32,000 nt of DNA from Candidatus Saccharimonadota bacterium (GTDB lineage Bacteria > Bacteroidota > Bacteroidia > Cytophagales > Amoebophilaceae): the NCBI RefSeq assembly GCF_936981045.1, contig NZ_OW441264.1, positions 360,001-392,000 on the forward strand. Direction: 5' to 3'. Both the position numbers and the translations under genes were made by a program. Under the pieces are notes generated by a model. It saw only the letters and a program-made list of their open reading frames with translations. It was not told where the DNA came from and did no database searches. This document shows positions 1 through 11,779 of this stretch, piece after piece; the stretch's first letter is position 1; every line of letters begins with the position of its first letter.

Positions 1-2514
1 ACTATTGAAAATGGTCACTTACTGAAGGCCATTTTAAGCAGCAACGAAGCACACGTTACCTTCCTTACCAGGCAACTTCAGGTTGCCTTAATGCCTTTAG
101 AGCAAGCATTGGATACACTTATCCAAACCTATCCAAAAGCCTCTGGGCAGCAGCCTTATTTATCACCAAATATGGATGTTACCTTTCGTGTCGCAGAAAG
201 TTACAAAAACAAATTAGGTGATGATTTTATCGCGGTAGATCATTTACTTTTAAGCCTCTGCGCAGGTAAAGATAAGACAGCAGCGTTAATGAAAACGCAT
301 GGCATAACAGAACAACCGTTGCTACAAGCCATTCAAGCCTTACGGGGTACTCACAAAGTTTCTGATCCTAGTGCAGAGTCTAAATATAGGTCGCTGGAGC
401 GTTACGCAAAAAACTTAAATCAATTGGTTAAAGCAGGCAAAATAGATCCAGTCATTGGGCGTGATGAAGAATCTAGAAGAATGGTACAAATTATTTCACG
501 TAGAACAAAAAGCAACCCCCTATTAATTGGAGAACCTGGTGTAGGTAAAACAGCTATTGTAGAGGGGTTAGCGCAAAGAATTGTAGCTGGTGATGTCCCT
601 GAAAACATCAAATCTAAGTTAATTTTTGCATTAGACTTAGGCCTTTTGATTGCTGGTGCCAAATACAAAGGTGAGTTTGAGGAGCGACTTAAAGCCGTCA
701 TTAAGGAGGTAATTGATTCTAATGGGGAGTTTATGCTTTTCATTGATGAAATCCACATGCTTATTGGGGCAGGTGCCTCTGGAGAAGGTGCCATGGATGC
801 TGCAAATCTACTTAAACCAGCACTTGCGCGTGGAGCACTACATGCGATTGGTGCTACTACGCTAAAGGAATACCAAAAGTATATAGAGAAGGATAAAGCC
901 CTAGAAAGAAGGTTTCAAGTTATAATGGTAGATGAACCAAGTCAGGAGCATGCTATTTCTATTATACGAGGCATAAAGCCAAAGTACGAGCTACATCATG
1001 GTATACGCATTAAAGATAATGCGGTTACAGCAACTGTACGGCTCTCTGATCGCTATTTACCGGGCTTTCTCCCTGATAAAGCCATAGATGTAATGGATGA
1101 AGCTGCTGCCAAAAAACGGATTGATTTAGATGCTATTCCTGTGGATTTAGACCAAATCCAACGAAAAATTACCGAATTAGAAATTGAAAGAGAAGCGATT
1201 CGAAAAGAAAGAAATATAGTTAAGTTAGAAGAATTGTCTAAAACCATTACAGCACTAAATGAAAAGAAGAATACTCTGAAAGCAAAATGGGAACATGACA
1301 AGTCAATTATTCAGGATATTAGTACACAGAAGAAACAAATTGAACAATTGCGTTTAGATTCCGAACAAGCTGAGCGAAGTTTTGACTATGGTAAGGTAGC
1401 GGAAATTCGATATGGAAAGCTTATAGAAGCAGAAAAAAAACTCAAAGCATTACAAGAAAAAGTAGAAGCACTTCGTGACACGAGTCCACTTTTTAAAGAA
1501 GAAGTGACACAGGAGGATATTGCTGAAGTTATAGCGCAGAGAACGGGTATTCCTATTGCTAAAATGCTACAAGATGAACGAGAAAAACTACTCCACTTAG
1601 AGGCTGTACTGGCCGAGCGTGTTGCAGGTCAAGCAGAAGCCATTCAGGCTATTGCTGACGCAGTGCGTAGAAGCCGCGCTGAATTACAAGACCCCCGTAA
1701 GCCTATTGGTTCTTTTATCTTTTTAGGTACTACTGGAGTAGGTAAAACCGAACTAGCCAAAGCACTGGCACAATTCTTATTCAAAGATGAACAGGCCATG
1801 ATTCGCATAGATATATCAGAATACCAAGAAAAACATGCGGTTAGTCGGTTGATTGGTGCACCACCTGGCTATATGGGATATGATGAAGGTGGCCAGCTGA
1901 CAGAAGCGGTACGGAACAAACCCTATTCAGTAATTTTATTAGATGAAATAGAAAAAGCACATCCAGATGTTTTTAATATTTTGTTGCAAGTATTGGATGA
2001 CGGTAGGCTAACAGATAATAAAGGCAGAACAGCAAATTTTAAAAATACCATTATTATTATGACCAGTAATATGGGTGCCCATCTTATTCAAAGTAGATTC
2101 GCTGGTATTGAAGACTTACCTGCTAAAGAAGTATGGGCAGAAACGAAAGAAGCGGTTATACAATTGCTGCAAAATCAGATGCGTCCAGAGTTTTTAAATC
2201 GAGTAGATGCAATCATTATGTTTAATCCACTCTCGAAAGGGGTGATTAAAGATATTGTACATATTCAGGTAGAAAAACTCAAAGCAGATTTACGAAAGAA
2301 TGGTATAGTGATCCAGATGGATGAGGTTCTGATAGATTACCTATCACAAGAAGGGTATAGCGTGCAGTTTGGTGCAAGGCCGCTCAAACGTTTAATGCAA
2401 CGCACCATACTCAATGTATTGTCTAAGGAATTGCTATCTGGACGCGTTACGAAAGATCAGCCTATCCTTATCGGTTATGACCAAGGAGAAGTGGTGTTTG
2501 TAAATGGAAAATAA
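1..2514 (+). CDS. clpB: ATP-dependent chaperone/disaggregase ClpB (5' end lies upstream of the window)
   Basis: The frame is open from nt 1 ([14 protein letters not shown]...) into listed ORF 91..2514. Two AAA+ modules carry Walker A motifs GEPGVGKT and GTTGVGKT. A long coiled-coil middle region ([15 protein letters not shown]...) and a C-terminal GARPLKR motif are present. Stop TAA at 2512..2514. Confidence 0.95.
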   Translation, partial: TIENGHLLKAILSSNEAHVTFLTRQLQVALMPLEQALDTLIQTYPKASGQQPYLSPNMDVTFRVAESYKNKLGDDFIAVDHLLLSLCAGKDKTAALMKTHGITEQPLLQAIQALRGTHKVSDPSAESKYRSLERYAKNLNQLVKAGKIDPVIGRDEESRRMVQIISRRTKSNPLLIGEPGVGKTAIVEGLAQRIVAGDVPENIKSKLIFALDLGLLIAGAKYKGEFEERLKAVIKEVIDSNGEFMLFIDEIHMLIGAGASGEGAMDAANLLKPALARGALHAIGATTLKEYQKYIEKDKALERRFQVIMVDEPSQEHAISIIRGIKPKYELHHGIRIKDNAVTATVRLSDRYLPGFLPDKAIDVMDEAAAKKRIDLDAIPVDLDQIQRKITELEIEREAIRKERNIVKLEELSKTITALNEKKNTLKAKWEHDKSIIQDISTQKKQIEQLRLDSEQAERSFDYGKVAEIRYGKLIEAEKKLKALQEKVEALRDTSPLFKEEVTQEDIAEVIAQRTGIPIAKMLQDEREKLLHLEAVLAERVAGQAEAIQAIADAVRRSRAELQDPRKPIGSFIFLGTTGVGKTELAKALAQFLFKDEQAMIRIDISEYQEKHAVSRLIGAPPGYMGYDEGGQLTEAVRNKPYSVILLDEIEKAHPDVFNILLQVLDDGRLTDNKGRTANFKNTIIIMTSNMGAHLIQSRFAGIEDLPAKEVWAETKEAVIQLLQNQMRPEFLNRVDAIIMFNPLSKGVIKDIVHIQVEKLKADLRKNGIVIQMDEVLIDYLSQEGYSVQFGARPLKRLMQRTILNVLSKELLSGRVTKDQPILIGYDQGEVVFVNGK

Positions 2515-2516
2515 AA

Positions 2517-2756
2517 ACCTGAGTTCGGGATTAGATTATTTTTTCATTTGATAATCAATATCAATGAAAATTTATAAAATTTATTTTATAGACAGTTAAA
2601 TAGGTAGTTGAATAACAAATAATTCTGGTAATCAGTTTATTATATATATTATATTTATAAAATTAGATATAAAAACTTGTTAAATAGGTGCAAATATTAA
2701 CTAAATAATTGATATTAAATTGTTGTAAATCAGTCAAATAAATCCCGAACTCACGT
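2517..2756 (+). mobile_element. MITE-like non-coding element, copy 1 (orientation A; strand label is arbitrary)
   Basis: Starts ACCTGAGTTCGGGATTAGATT, one change from the family terminus ACGTGAGTTCGGGATT. Ends AATCCCGAACTCACGT at 2756. Length 240 nt, no ORF. Flanks are TAAAA / AAAAA (4 of 5), and the left flank includes the clpB stop codon. Confidence 0.85.
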
Positions 2757-2820
2757 AAAAAGAAAAAGGAAGGTATATATTACTTCTTTCGCTTGATAAA
2801 AATTGAACGAAAAATCAAGC

Positions 2821-2854
2821 CCTGTGTAAAAAGTTGAGAAACTTTTTACACAGG
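2821..2854. terminator. Perfect 15-bp stem / 4-nt loop hairpin, probable bidirectional terminator between clpB and the convergent hydrolase gene
   Basis: CCTGTGTAAAAAGTT (2821-2835), loop GAGA, AACTTTTTACACAGG (2840-2854). T-rich sequence follows on both strands. A second weaker hairpin GCTTGAT..ATCAAGC lies at 2791-2820. Confidence 0.6.
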
Positions 2855-2942
2855 AGCGGGTTTTCTGTTTTTTCATAATATTCCGACAAGGCTGAACGGG
2901 TCCCAGATATTTTCTACTTTTTTACAAGTAGGTCTGTGGTTA

Positions 2943-4112
2943 CTACCTTTCTATACTCAGATTATTGTGTTGACCTATAAAGTCTATAATAGCTGCTATA
3001 GTTTTCTCAGATTCAAATAATGTTTTGCCATGGTTCACTTGGAAATCAGAAAGGATCGGCGTTAAATTGTAACAATGGATTGTTTCTTTAGCAATATATC
3101 TTCTTACATTGTAAGGATAAACAGGGTCATCTTTGGAAGTAGCAAGATTTTCAAAGCTATCTATCCTACATAGTTGACGTTTTACAGGAATCAGAATGTC
3201 ATGTGCTCCATCCTCTTGTCCAGTAGTAAGTTTTGCATAGGCTTTAGCAAATGTATTAACTTGTTCGTTGTCCTCTTCTTCAAAATCAAAGCATTCAGAG
3301 AAGTTATCTATATAACCAGCTATAAGTAATATAGGGATCTTGTGCTTGCCTTCACGTATGAATGCTTTTATATCTGCAGTGCACGTAGCATGTATACGCA
3401 TGTCGCTTACGCTTTGAAAGAATACATGGGCAACTTTCTGAACAACAGGAGTGTTTAGTATCATTCCTAGGGCTTTTGCTTCAGCTAATGAAGTCTTAGG
3501 ATGACCTATAGCTCCTAATCCTGGCTTTGCCTTTTCGTTAAACGCATTTACATCAGATCGACTATTCTCAAATACATCTGTGCCGGATACAGGTGCAAAA
3601 GCGGATATTACAGCTTTAATCTTGAGTTCATGTCCATAGTTGTCTGCTAAAATACAAGCTACTAACTCACCTTGGCTATAGCCAAATATATTGATTGGTA
3701 ACGCTTTACGTTCTTCCTCAGAATATTTCGAATAGCTAGTACGTAATATCTCTTTTACCTCTGAAACAACTTTTCTTGCTTGCTCATCTATTGATAGGCG
3801 TGCTGATGCCCATTCCTCTCTGCATTTTGGCTGAATGATCTCAACAACTTTTTCGAATTGATCCTCCACTGTTTTCTTGATTGCATTACACTCAGACGCA
3901 TCCATAGTAAGGCCATGCAACAATACCAGAACACATTTGAGCAAAGAAGGTCTTGTTTCTTTACTACTAAGTTCAGTTGTTGAGAAACTTATATTTTCCT
4001 TTATTTGTTTGGTTAAACCAGCACCCATTTCGATATGATGATAGGGCCAACAACCATAGAACAGGTAAGCTGCAATTAAAAAAAAGTATTTCTTAAGGTT
4101 AAATGTTAACAC
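2943..4112 (-). CDS. Alpha/beta-hydrolase fold serine esterase/lipase-like protein, possibly a lipoprotein
   Basis: LLHGL oxyanion-type motif followed by nucleophile elbow GYSQG. Candidate Asp (HDILIPV) and His (IHCYNL) are conserved with the neighbouring paralog. If the GTG at 4112 is the start, the N-terminus KKYFFLIAAYLFYGC looks like a signal/lipobox. An alternative ATG start at 4028 would remove it. Confidence 0.7.
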   Translation of the reverse strand: MLTFNLKKYFFLIAAYLFYGCWPYHHIEMGAGLTKQIKENISFSTTELSSKETRPSLLKCVLVLLHGLTMDASECNAIKKTVEDQFEKVVEIIQPKCREEWASARLSIDEQARKVVSEVKEILRTSYSKYSEEERKALPINIFGYSQGELVACILADNYGHELKIKAVISAFAPVSGTDVFENSRSDVNAFNEKAKPGLGAIGHPKTSLAEAKALGMILNTPVVQKVAHVFFQSVSDMRIHATCTADIKAFIREGKHKIPILLIAGYIDNFSECFDFEEEDNEQVNTFAKAYAKLTTGQEDGAHDILIPVKRQLCRIDSFENLATSKDDPVYPYNVRRYIAKETIHCYNLTPILSDFQVNHGKTLFESEKTIAAIIDFIGQHNNLSIER

Positions 4113-4190
4113 AGGTGCATTAGAAAGATTTAAGATACCGACCTCGATTAGGTTAGATTTGCACCTACTTGATAGTAATACATTTATATA

Positions 4191-4430
4191 ACGTGAGTTC
4201 GGGATTTATTTGACTGATTTACAACAATTTAATATCAATTATTTAGTTAATATTTACACCTATTTAACAAGTTTTTATATCTAATTTTATAAATATAATA
4301 TATATAATAAACTGATTACCAGAATTATTTGTTATTTAACTACCTATTTAACTGTCTATAAAACAAATTTTATAAATTTTCATTGATATTGATTATCAAA
4401 TGAAAAAATAATCTAATCCCGAACTCACGT
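4191..4430 (-). mobile_element. MITE-like non-coding element, copy 2 (orientation B)
   Basis: ACGTGAGTTCGGGATTTATTTGACTG ... AATCTAATCCCGAACTCACGT, 240 nt. Flanked by an exact 5-nt direct repeat ATATA / ATATA. Confidence 0.9.
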
Positions 4431-4551
4431 ATATAGATTTTCCAAATTTTTACTATGGATCCTCTTGTAGCTTGTATCTCTTTTACCCTATAATAAGGGG
4501 TATATAGGGGGCTTTAGTATGACCATCTTTATTAGGACTGTGTCCATATCT

Positions 4552-5586
4552 TTATACCAACTGCTGAATAAATTGGATTACATCGGTTAAAATTAAGTCA
4601 GCATAAAGTACCGTTTCACGCTGGTCTACAAATAAATTAGGATCTATAGCTACTAAGTTGCTCTCATGGAGTATCCCCTTATACATACGGCCTTTTATTT
4701 GGGAGCGGCTGGGCCAAATCACAGCCACATGCCTATAGTTTAGGTTGTTCGTATCTATGGGCATCAGGTTATTAAGATCATCTTTCCTTCCTAACTGACT
4801 GGCTAACGGAATTAGGGTATCGTGTCTTCCGCCCTTTTCGCCAGTAATCCATAGCGCATAGGCATCATTTAATGCCTCTATGGCCTTATGCTGGTCAACT
4901 GTTTTCATATTGAATAATCCTGAAAAATCATTCTGATGGGTAGCAATCAACAAACAAGGTAACTCCCTATTATCTTGTAGGAAGCTACATATACCTTGTA
5001 TACATGCACTATTGGGCAGTATATCTTTTAAACCATTTATAGGCACCCAGCGTGGACGTGTAAATAGTAGCATCCATGTCTGTAGGGTCATACTCCATTT
5101 GATTCTAGATAGGGGATAATCTATAAGCTGCAATCCCTTTTCTGCGCTGGCTATAAATTCCTGCACATCCCTTCAGCTGCGCTCAAGGAGTGGTGTGCCC
5201 ATTAGGGGCGCATTAAGGGTAATAATGCCAACTATATTGAGCTGGCTTTTATAGGCTTTTCCTAAAATACAGGCCAATACCCCACCTTGACTATAGCCGA
5301 TGATAATGAGTGGAAAAGGTTGTATTTCTTTTTGATAGCGCATGAGCGCAAGTTGTACCTGTCTAAGCAGGTCTTCTGCTTGTTGATCTATAGATCGTAT
5401 GACAGACTTTAGTCCAACCCTACATGTTGGCTGAATAAGTAGAACCGCGTTTCCAAATTGCTTATTCAACTTGGCTGCAATGGGTTTCAACTCATCTGCC
5501 TTGGCGTATAAACCATGTAAAAGTAAAACCGCAAAAGTAGGTGCTTGGTCTAAAGTGGGTGTACCCATTCTGTTTTTTATACTCAT
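4552..5586 (-). pseudogene. Alpha/beta-hydrolase paralog of 2943..4112, interrupted by one in-frame TGA
   Basis: ORFs 5173..5586 (LLLHGL, GYSQGG) and 4552..5166 (HDTLIPL, LHESNL) are in the same frame. They are separated only by TGA at 5173-5175 plus two codons. They align along their length with the N- and C-terminal halves of the 389-aa neighbour. The aligned codon in the neighbour is CGA (Arg). Confidence 0.8.
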
Positions 5587-5658
5587 CTAGTCTACTTAGT
5601 TCAGATGTAGCCGTTGCGCCAACTTCTTCAGATTAGTGCGCATTACTTTACATACATA

Positions 5659-7518
<1,860 letters not shown>

Positions 7519-7519
7519 A

Positions 7520-8865
7520 GGAAGTGTTCTATAAACTGTGTCAAGGCGATAAAAAGTTATAAATTAATTAAATAAACATTAAAGGTTTTAGACATGGAAG
7601 AAAATAAGAACAATTCCTATGTTGGTTTAGTAGATTACAAATTTCTGGAGGAAAATATTTTGTGCTCTATCCGTTTAGGTAAGCCTTTAATAGGAAAAGG
7701 TGGTGCTTTAACGCCTCTGATAAAAAAGCTTCTAGAGGCAAGTCTAGAAGGTGAAATAGCACACCATTTATCTAGTGATTCAACAGAAAATAATAGAAGA
7801 AATGGAAAAAGCTCTAAAACTTTACGCACAAGTTCTGGTTCCTTTGATCTGCTAACTCCTAGGGATAGGACAGGTAGTTTCGATCCACAAATAGTTAAAA
7901 AGCGTCAAACAAGCCTACATCCTGAGCTGGAAAGCAAGATCTTAAGCATGTTTTCTAGTGGTATGAGCCATAAATCTATAGCCGTTCATGTTGAAGAGAT
8001 CTATGATCATAAAGTATCAGCTGCTGAAATATCATCTATTACAGATAGCTTGTTACCGATAATAAATGAATGGCGTAACCGCCCTCTTCAATCAGTTTAT
8101 CCGATAGTTTTCATGGATGGGATATTTTTTAAGGTAAAAGAAGATGGCAGATGTGTAAGCAAATGCATGTATACCTTATTAGGCATAGATCAAGAGGGTA
8201 AAAAAGAAGTATTGGGATTTATTTGTCTGAAAGTGAGGGGGCTAACTTCTGGTTGGGTGTACTTAACGAGCTTAAGGAAAGAGGTGTAGAAGATATCCTT
8301 ATTGCCTGTGTTGATGGCCTAAAAAGCTTTCCTTCAGCCATAAATAGCGTTTTCCCTAATGCACAAGTGCAGGTCTGTGTAGTACATCAGATACGAAACT
8401 CACTCAAGTATGTAGCTAGCAAAGACGTAAAACGTTTTTTAACTGATTTAAAGCAAATATATCAAGCTTCAAGTAAGGAAGTTGCTGAGCATTATCTATT
8501 GGAATTAGAAGAAAAATGGGGGGGGAAATATCCAATGGTTACCAAATCTTGGCAAAATAATTGGGAACATTTGTCTGGTTATTTTAAGTATTCAGATCCT
8601 GTCAGAAGGCTAATTTATACCACCAATCCTATAGAAAGCTTGCATAGGCAGATTAGGAAGTTTACCAAGACAAAAGGAGCGTTTACCAGTATAAATGCTT
8701 TGTATAAATTAGTATATTGTGCCATAAAGAAGATCGAGGATAAATGGACTATGCCGCTGCGAAACTGGGCGTTGACCATATCTCAGATAGACATCTTTTT
8801 TTCCGGTAGATTAAAAGAGACGTTGAGATGAACAGGAGATGTGACACAGTTTATAGAACACTTCC
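7520..8865 (+). mobile_element. IS256-family insertion sequence (about 1.35 kb)
   Basis: Perfect 24-nt inverted termini GGAAGTGTTCTATAAACTGTGTCA (7520-7543) and TGACACAGTTTATAGAACACTTCC (8842-8865). Flanked by an 8-nt direct repeat GCTATTGA (7512-7519) / GCCATTGA (8866-8873), 7 of 8. Confidence 0.88.
7594..8831 (+). pseudogene. IS256-family (Mutator-type) transposase, split by a frameshift near 8221-8224
   Basis: ORF 7594..8289 ends ..KKEVLGFICLKVRGL.. out of frame. ORF 8223..8831, in the -1 frame, continues with the family-typical LSESEGANFWLGVLNELKERGVEDILIACVDGLKSFPSAI. There is no canonical slippery heptamer at the junction (GGATTTATTTGTCTG). Confidence 0.8.
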
Positions 8866-8874
8866 GCCATTGAG

Positions 8875-9296
8875 CGATCTTCTACGGTCATTACCTCTAG
8901 TGGCCTTGTTCCACCTTTAGCTTTGGGTATTTCTATCAACCTGCTTGAGGTAAATTTGTATAGCTTTGCGCGTAGTTGCTGCTGCAATTTATTGATAATC
9001 TTTGCCTCACCTTGATCTATTATATCACTTATGCTTTTACCATCAATCCCTGCTGAACCTTGATTTGCTTTGACTTGACGCCAAGCTTCCCAAAGTACAT
9101 CTTTTAGATAAATTTTATCATATATACTATAAAATCTGACTTTCTTACATTGCTTGGATTTAAGATATAGAGTTCTTTGGAGTTGCCGAACTTTTAATGT
9201 TCCGTTCATAGCTTTAGGGCAATCAGACATTCTCAACTCTTTTAAACTCGTTAATTGAAGTAGGGTCCCTTTCCTCTTGAGTGGTTTCCTAATCAA
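8875..9296 (-). pseudogene. Group II intron reverse transcriptase/maturase, N-terminal fragment
   Basis: This is part of listed ORF 8811..9296. The last 21 codons of that ORF (..SMAEVFYKLCHISCSSQRLF) are read from the IS4-tip duplicate and the IS256 terminus, so they are not RT sequence. The probable real start is ATG at 9230 (MSDCPKAMNG..). Confidence 0.7.
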
Positions 9297-9704
9297 TACG
9301 AACGGTATTATAGACCCCGCGGACTTCTGATATGACCCTTATTGATTTCGCTTTACTTATACAATAAAGTTTCCAGTGACCTACTGGATTCATATCAGAT
9401 CTCCCGGACTATGATGTGAAACATTCATAGCGTGCAACCCCTAACACCCCGGCACTTGTATGATGGTCATGGTCTATTTTTTCCATCCTACTATCAGCCT
9501 TCCTGTAGCCACTAGACAGTCGGCAAATGCGCTTAAACGGCTTAAAGAGGCTAATTTGGGTTCACTTTTGTTGTAGCCCGCTATTTTGCAGATGCATTTA
9601 AAGGTAATTTAAACCTGTGAATCACCTCACAAATCCAACCTCCTGCTAGACTCCCGAAATAGACAAATTAGAGTCAGGGGACTTACACCCCATTTGTTGC
9701 ACAC
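8875..9704 (-). mobile_element. Group II intron, 5' portion only (RNA domains I-IV region plus truncated reverse-transcriptase ORF)
   Basis: From about 9704 the minus strand reads GTGTGCAACAAATGGGGTGTAAGTCCCC, a GUGYG-type 5' end with a typical early domain I hairpin. Structured non-coding sequence follows, about 400 nt long. The ORF then reads ..YLKDVLWEAWRQVKANQGSAGIDGKSI...RLIEIPKAKGGTRPLEVMTVEDR, typical of intron-encoded RT/maturases. It is cut at 8875 by the duplicated IS4 tip. Domains V/VI are absent. Confidence 0.7.
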
Positions 9705-9714
9705 CTGTGCCGGC

Positions 9715-10382
9715 GTGCAATGGCCGCAGACTTAAAACACTTAAAACTAAGCATAGGTTTTAGCCGTTTTTTGATAAACCTATGATCTTGTTCAACTCTA
9801 TTATTCAAGTATTTGTTTTGAAATATTTGAATAGTATGATCTTGATCAAGTTCTGTATTGATCGTATCAAGGGCAGCTTTATTACTACCGCTTTTGTCAA
9901 TTACTACTTTCTTAAGAATATTATTTTCTGTGATCGCCTTACGAAAAAAAGAAAAAGCTGCAGACTTGTCTCTATGCTCAGATAGAAAAAAGTTAACTGT
10001 ATCACCATAACGATCTACTGCTCTATATAAATAGATCCACTTCCCGTTTAGTTTAACATAGGTTTCATCCATTCTCCAACTACGACCAACTGGTCATTTT
10101 CTTTTTCTTACTGCTTCATCTATAAGAGGAACAAACTTAATAACCCATCTCTGTAAAGTAGAGTGATCGACTTTGGCGCCTCTTATACGCATCATTTCTT
10201 CTAAATCCCGATAGCTCAAAGAAAATCGACATTTCATATATACAAATAACAGGATCACCTCTGCTGAAGAACAATAGCCTTTAAAATAAGGTAATAATTT
10301 GGGCGAAATATTAAACATAGTAACTACTTTTTTAACTACAGATACTAAAATAATGATTTTTTAGAATAAACGCGACAGAACC
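9715..10382 (-). mobile_element. IS6-family element, decayed copy C (3'-truncated transposase gene with in-frame stop)
   Basis: Right terminus ..TTAGAATAAACGCGACAGAACC ends at 10382, as in the intact copies. ORFs 10094..10318 and 9683..10072 are in the same frame, separated by TGA 10094-10096 where the intact copies have CGA. Similarity to the intact copies stops near 9716, so roughly the last 35 codons and the left terminus are missing. Confidence 0.85.
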
Positions 10383-10469
10383 GGCATCTATTCAGGGCGA
10401 TTTACTGATCTGACTCCCGCACGAAAAAAGAAAACACACACTTTATAAAACCTAATAAACCATCCTTTT

Positions 10470-11693
10470 TTATCGGATTTTTAAAGTGACCAGGGTAGCA
10501 ATGGCTAGTAAAATGCTAAGGATTAAAAACCGTGTTACAATCTTTGATTCATGCCATCCTAATTTCTGATAGTGGTGATGCAGAGGTGCCATTTTAAAAA
10601 TTCTTCTGCCTGTTCCATAATGTTTTTTGGTGAACTTAAAATAACTGGTTTGTAATATCACCGATAGATTTTCCATGAGAAATATACCACATAGCATGGG
10701 AATCAGCAGTTCCTTTCGAATACAAATGGCTACTACGGCAATAATGGCGCCAATGGTTAAGCTGCCCGTGTCGCCCATAAAGATTTGTGCAGGATAAGCA
10801 TTATACCAAAGAAAACCCATACATGACCCCACAAATGCACAACAAAATATAGTAAGCTCTCCCAAATTTGGGATATACATAATATTTAAATATTGGGCAA
10901 ATATTATGTGGCCAGATAAGTAAGCAAGGACGGCCAACGTAGTACCAACAATTACAGAAGTACTAGCCGTTAATCCATCAAGCCCATCTGTTAAATTAGA
11001 GGCATTTGAAACAGCCGCAATAATAAAAGCTACCATAGCCATGTAAACGATCCATGTATAGTTTGCATTGCCTAGCAAGAGGGCACTTATTTGTGCATAA
11101 TCGAGTTCATTTTCTTTGAAAAAAGGGATAGTTGTTTTAGTGGATTTAATATCGTTGTATCCAGAGGATACTTGGTCCACTAGTCCAGTGGGTGTTTCCT
11201 GAGCAATGGATACCTCACGTATGACTACGGCCTTATGTAGATAAAGGGTCATACTTACAATACAACCTAAAGCAATTTGGCCTAATAGTTTGATCCATCC
11301 ATTCAATCCATTTTTTTGTTTTTTAAATACCTTGATGTGGTCGTCCAAAAAGCCAACTAACCCCATCCAAATAGTAGTGGTTAACAATAGGATGATGTAT
11401 ATGTTATGCAATTTTGAAAAGAGTAACGTGGGTACCACGGTTGCCAGTATAATAAGCATACCCCCCATGGTAGGGGTATGGGCGTTCTTTTTGGCTTCAT
11501 TAAATCCTAAGGGTCGATTGGGTTCAGTGATTTGTCTTTTGTTTAAATAGTCTATAAAACGTTGCCCTAGTAGAAAGGTAATGGTAAAAGAGCTAAGTGT
11601 GGCCATAGCTGCTCGAAAAGAAATATACTTAAATAAGCCTGTCCCAGGCCAGTGAAAAGTAGCCTGTAGATATTTGAATAAATAGTACAACAT
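10470..11693 (-). CDS. mraY: Phospho-N-acetylmuramoyl-pentapeptide transferase
   Basis: 407-aa polytopic membrane protein with the characteristic MLYYLFKYL N-terminus and the motifs FLDDHIKV, NASNLTDGLDGL, MGDTGSL and APLHHHY. Confidence 0.93.
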   Translation of the reverse strand: MLYYLFKYLQATFHWPGTGLFKYISFRAAMATLSSFTITFLLGQRFIDYLNKRQITEPNRPLGFNEAKKNAHTPTMGGMLIILATVVPTLLFSKLHNIYIILLLTTTIWMGLVGFLDDHIKVFKKQKNGLNGWIKLLGQIALGCIVSMTLYLHKAVVIREVSIAQETPTGLVDQVSSGYNDIKSTKTTIPFFKENELDYAQISALLLGNANYTWIVYMAMVAFIIAAVSNASNLTDGLDGLTASTSVIVGTTLAVLAYLSGHIIFAQYLNIMYIPNLGELTIFCCAFVGSCMGFLWYNAYPAQIFMGDTGSLTIGAIIAVVAICIRKELLIPMLCGIFLMENLSVILQTSYFKFTKKHYGTGRRIFKMAPLHHHYQKLGWHESKIVTRFLILSILLAIATLVTLKIR

Positions 11694-11721
11694 ATTTTAG
11701 TAAAAAGGAATATGTGCGCAG

Positions 11722-11759
11722 CTTTTTGCTTGATAAAAAGGCTTTTATCAAGCAAAAAG
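11722..11759. terminator. Near-perfect palindromic hairpin between the acyl-CoA ligase gene and mraY
   Basis: CTTTTTGCTTGATAAAA(AGG)CTTTTATCAAGCAAAAAG. The A/T runs inside the stem make it symmetric on both strands. It lies 21 nt after the ligase stop and 29 nt before the mraY start. Confidence 0.55.
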
Positions 11760-11779
11760 TAATATAAAAACTCCTTTAT

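Noticed and set aside
420-1301. Antisense ORFs 420..794 and 1053..1301 inside clpB. Similar embedded ORFs occur at 6520..7114, 7635..7829, 9782..9985, 11290..11755, 12005..12638, 16470..17186, 17782..18036, 18967..19173, 19535..20079, 20419..20798, 21496..21696, 22292..22474, 29342..29832 and 31614..31799
   Set aside because: Each lies wholly within, or overlaps, a well-supported conserved gene or IS on the other strand or in another frame. Their composition is low-complexity or skewed, and none has a recognisable motif.
2517-2535. The MITE terminus GAGTTCGGGATT resembles a tRNA T-arm (GGTTCGAATCC), which would suggest a tRNA-derived element or a tRNA gene
   Set aside because: No acceptor, D or anticodon arms can be drawn around any copy, and the similarity is limited to about 8 nt. 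I found no tRNA-like cloverleaf anywhere in the window.
2517-4430. MITE copies 1 and 2, and copies 5 and 6 at 24559-25594, might be the arms of composite transposons carrying the hydrolase or ftsB-like gene
   Set aside because: Individual copies (2, 4, 6) have their own matching 5-nt duplications, while the outer flanks of each pair do not match (TAAAA vs ATATA; TATTA vs TATTA belongs to copy 6 alone). The copies therefore inserted independently.
5173-5175. TGA might be recoded (Trp/Sec/Gly) in this organism, which would make the split hydrolase and IS6 copy C intact
   Set aside because: TGA ends well-conserved genes at the expected length here, for example smpB at 14345-14347. Both internal TGAs align with CGA Arg codons in paralogous copies. 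No SECIS-like context was evident.
7594-8831. Programmed -1 frameshifting in the IS256-like transposase
   Set aside because: The frame junction (GGA TTT ATT TGT CTG) has no X XXY YYZ slippery heptamer in the zero frame. IS256-family transposases are normally single ORFs, so a simple indel is more likely.
8811-8874. The C-terminal 21 residues of listed ORF 8811..9296
   Set aside because: They are translated from the reverse complement of the IS256 terminus and the duplicated IS4 tip. That part of the ORF is a chimeric artefact, not RT sequence.
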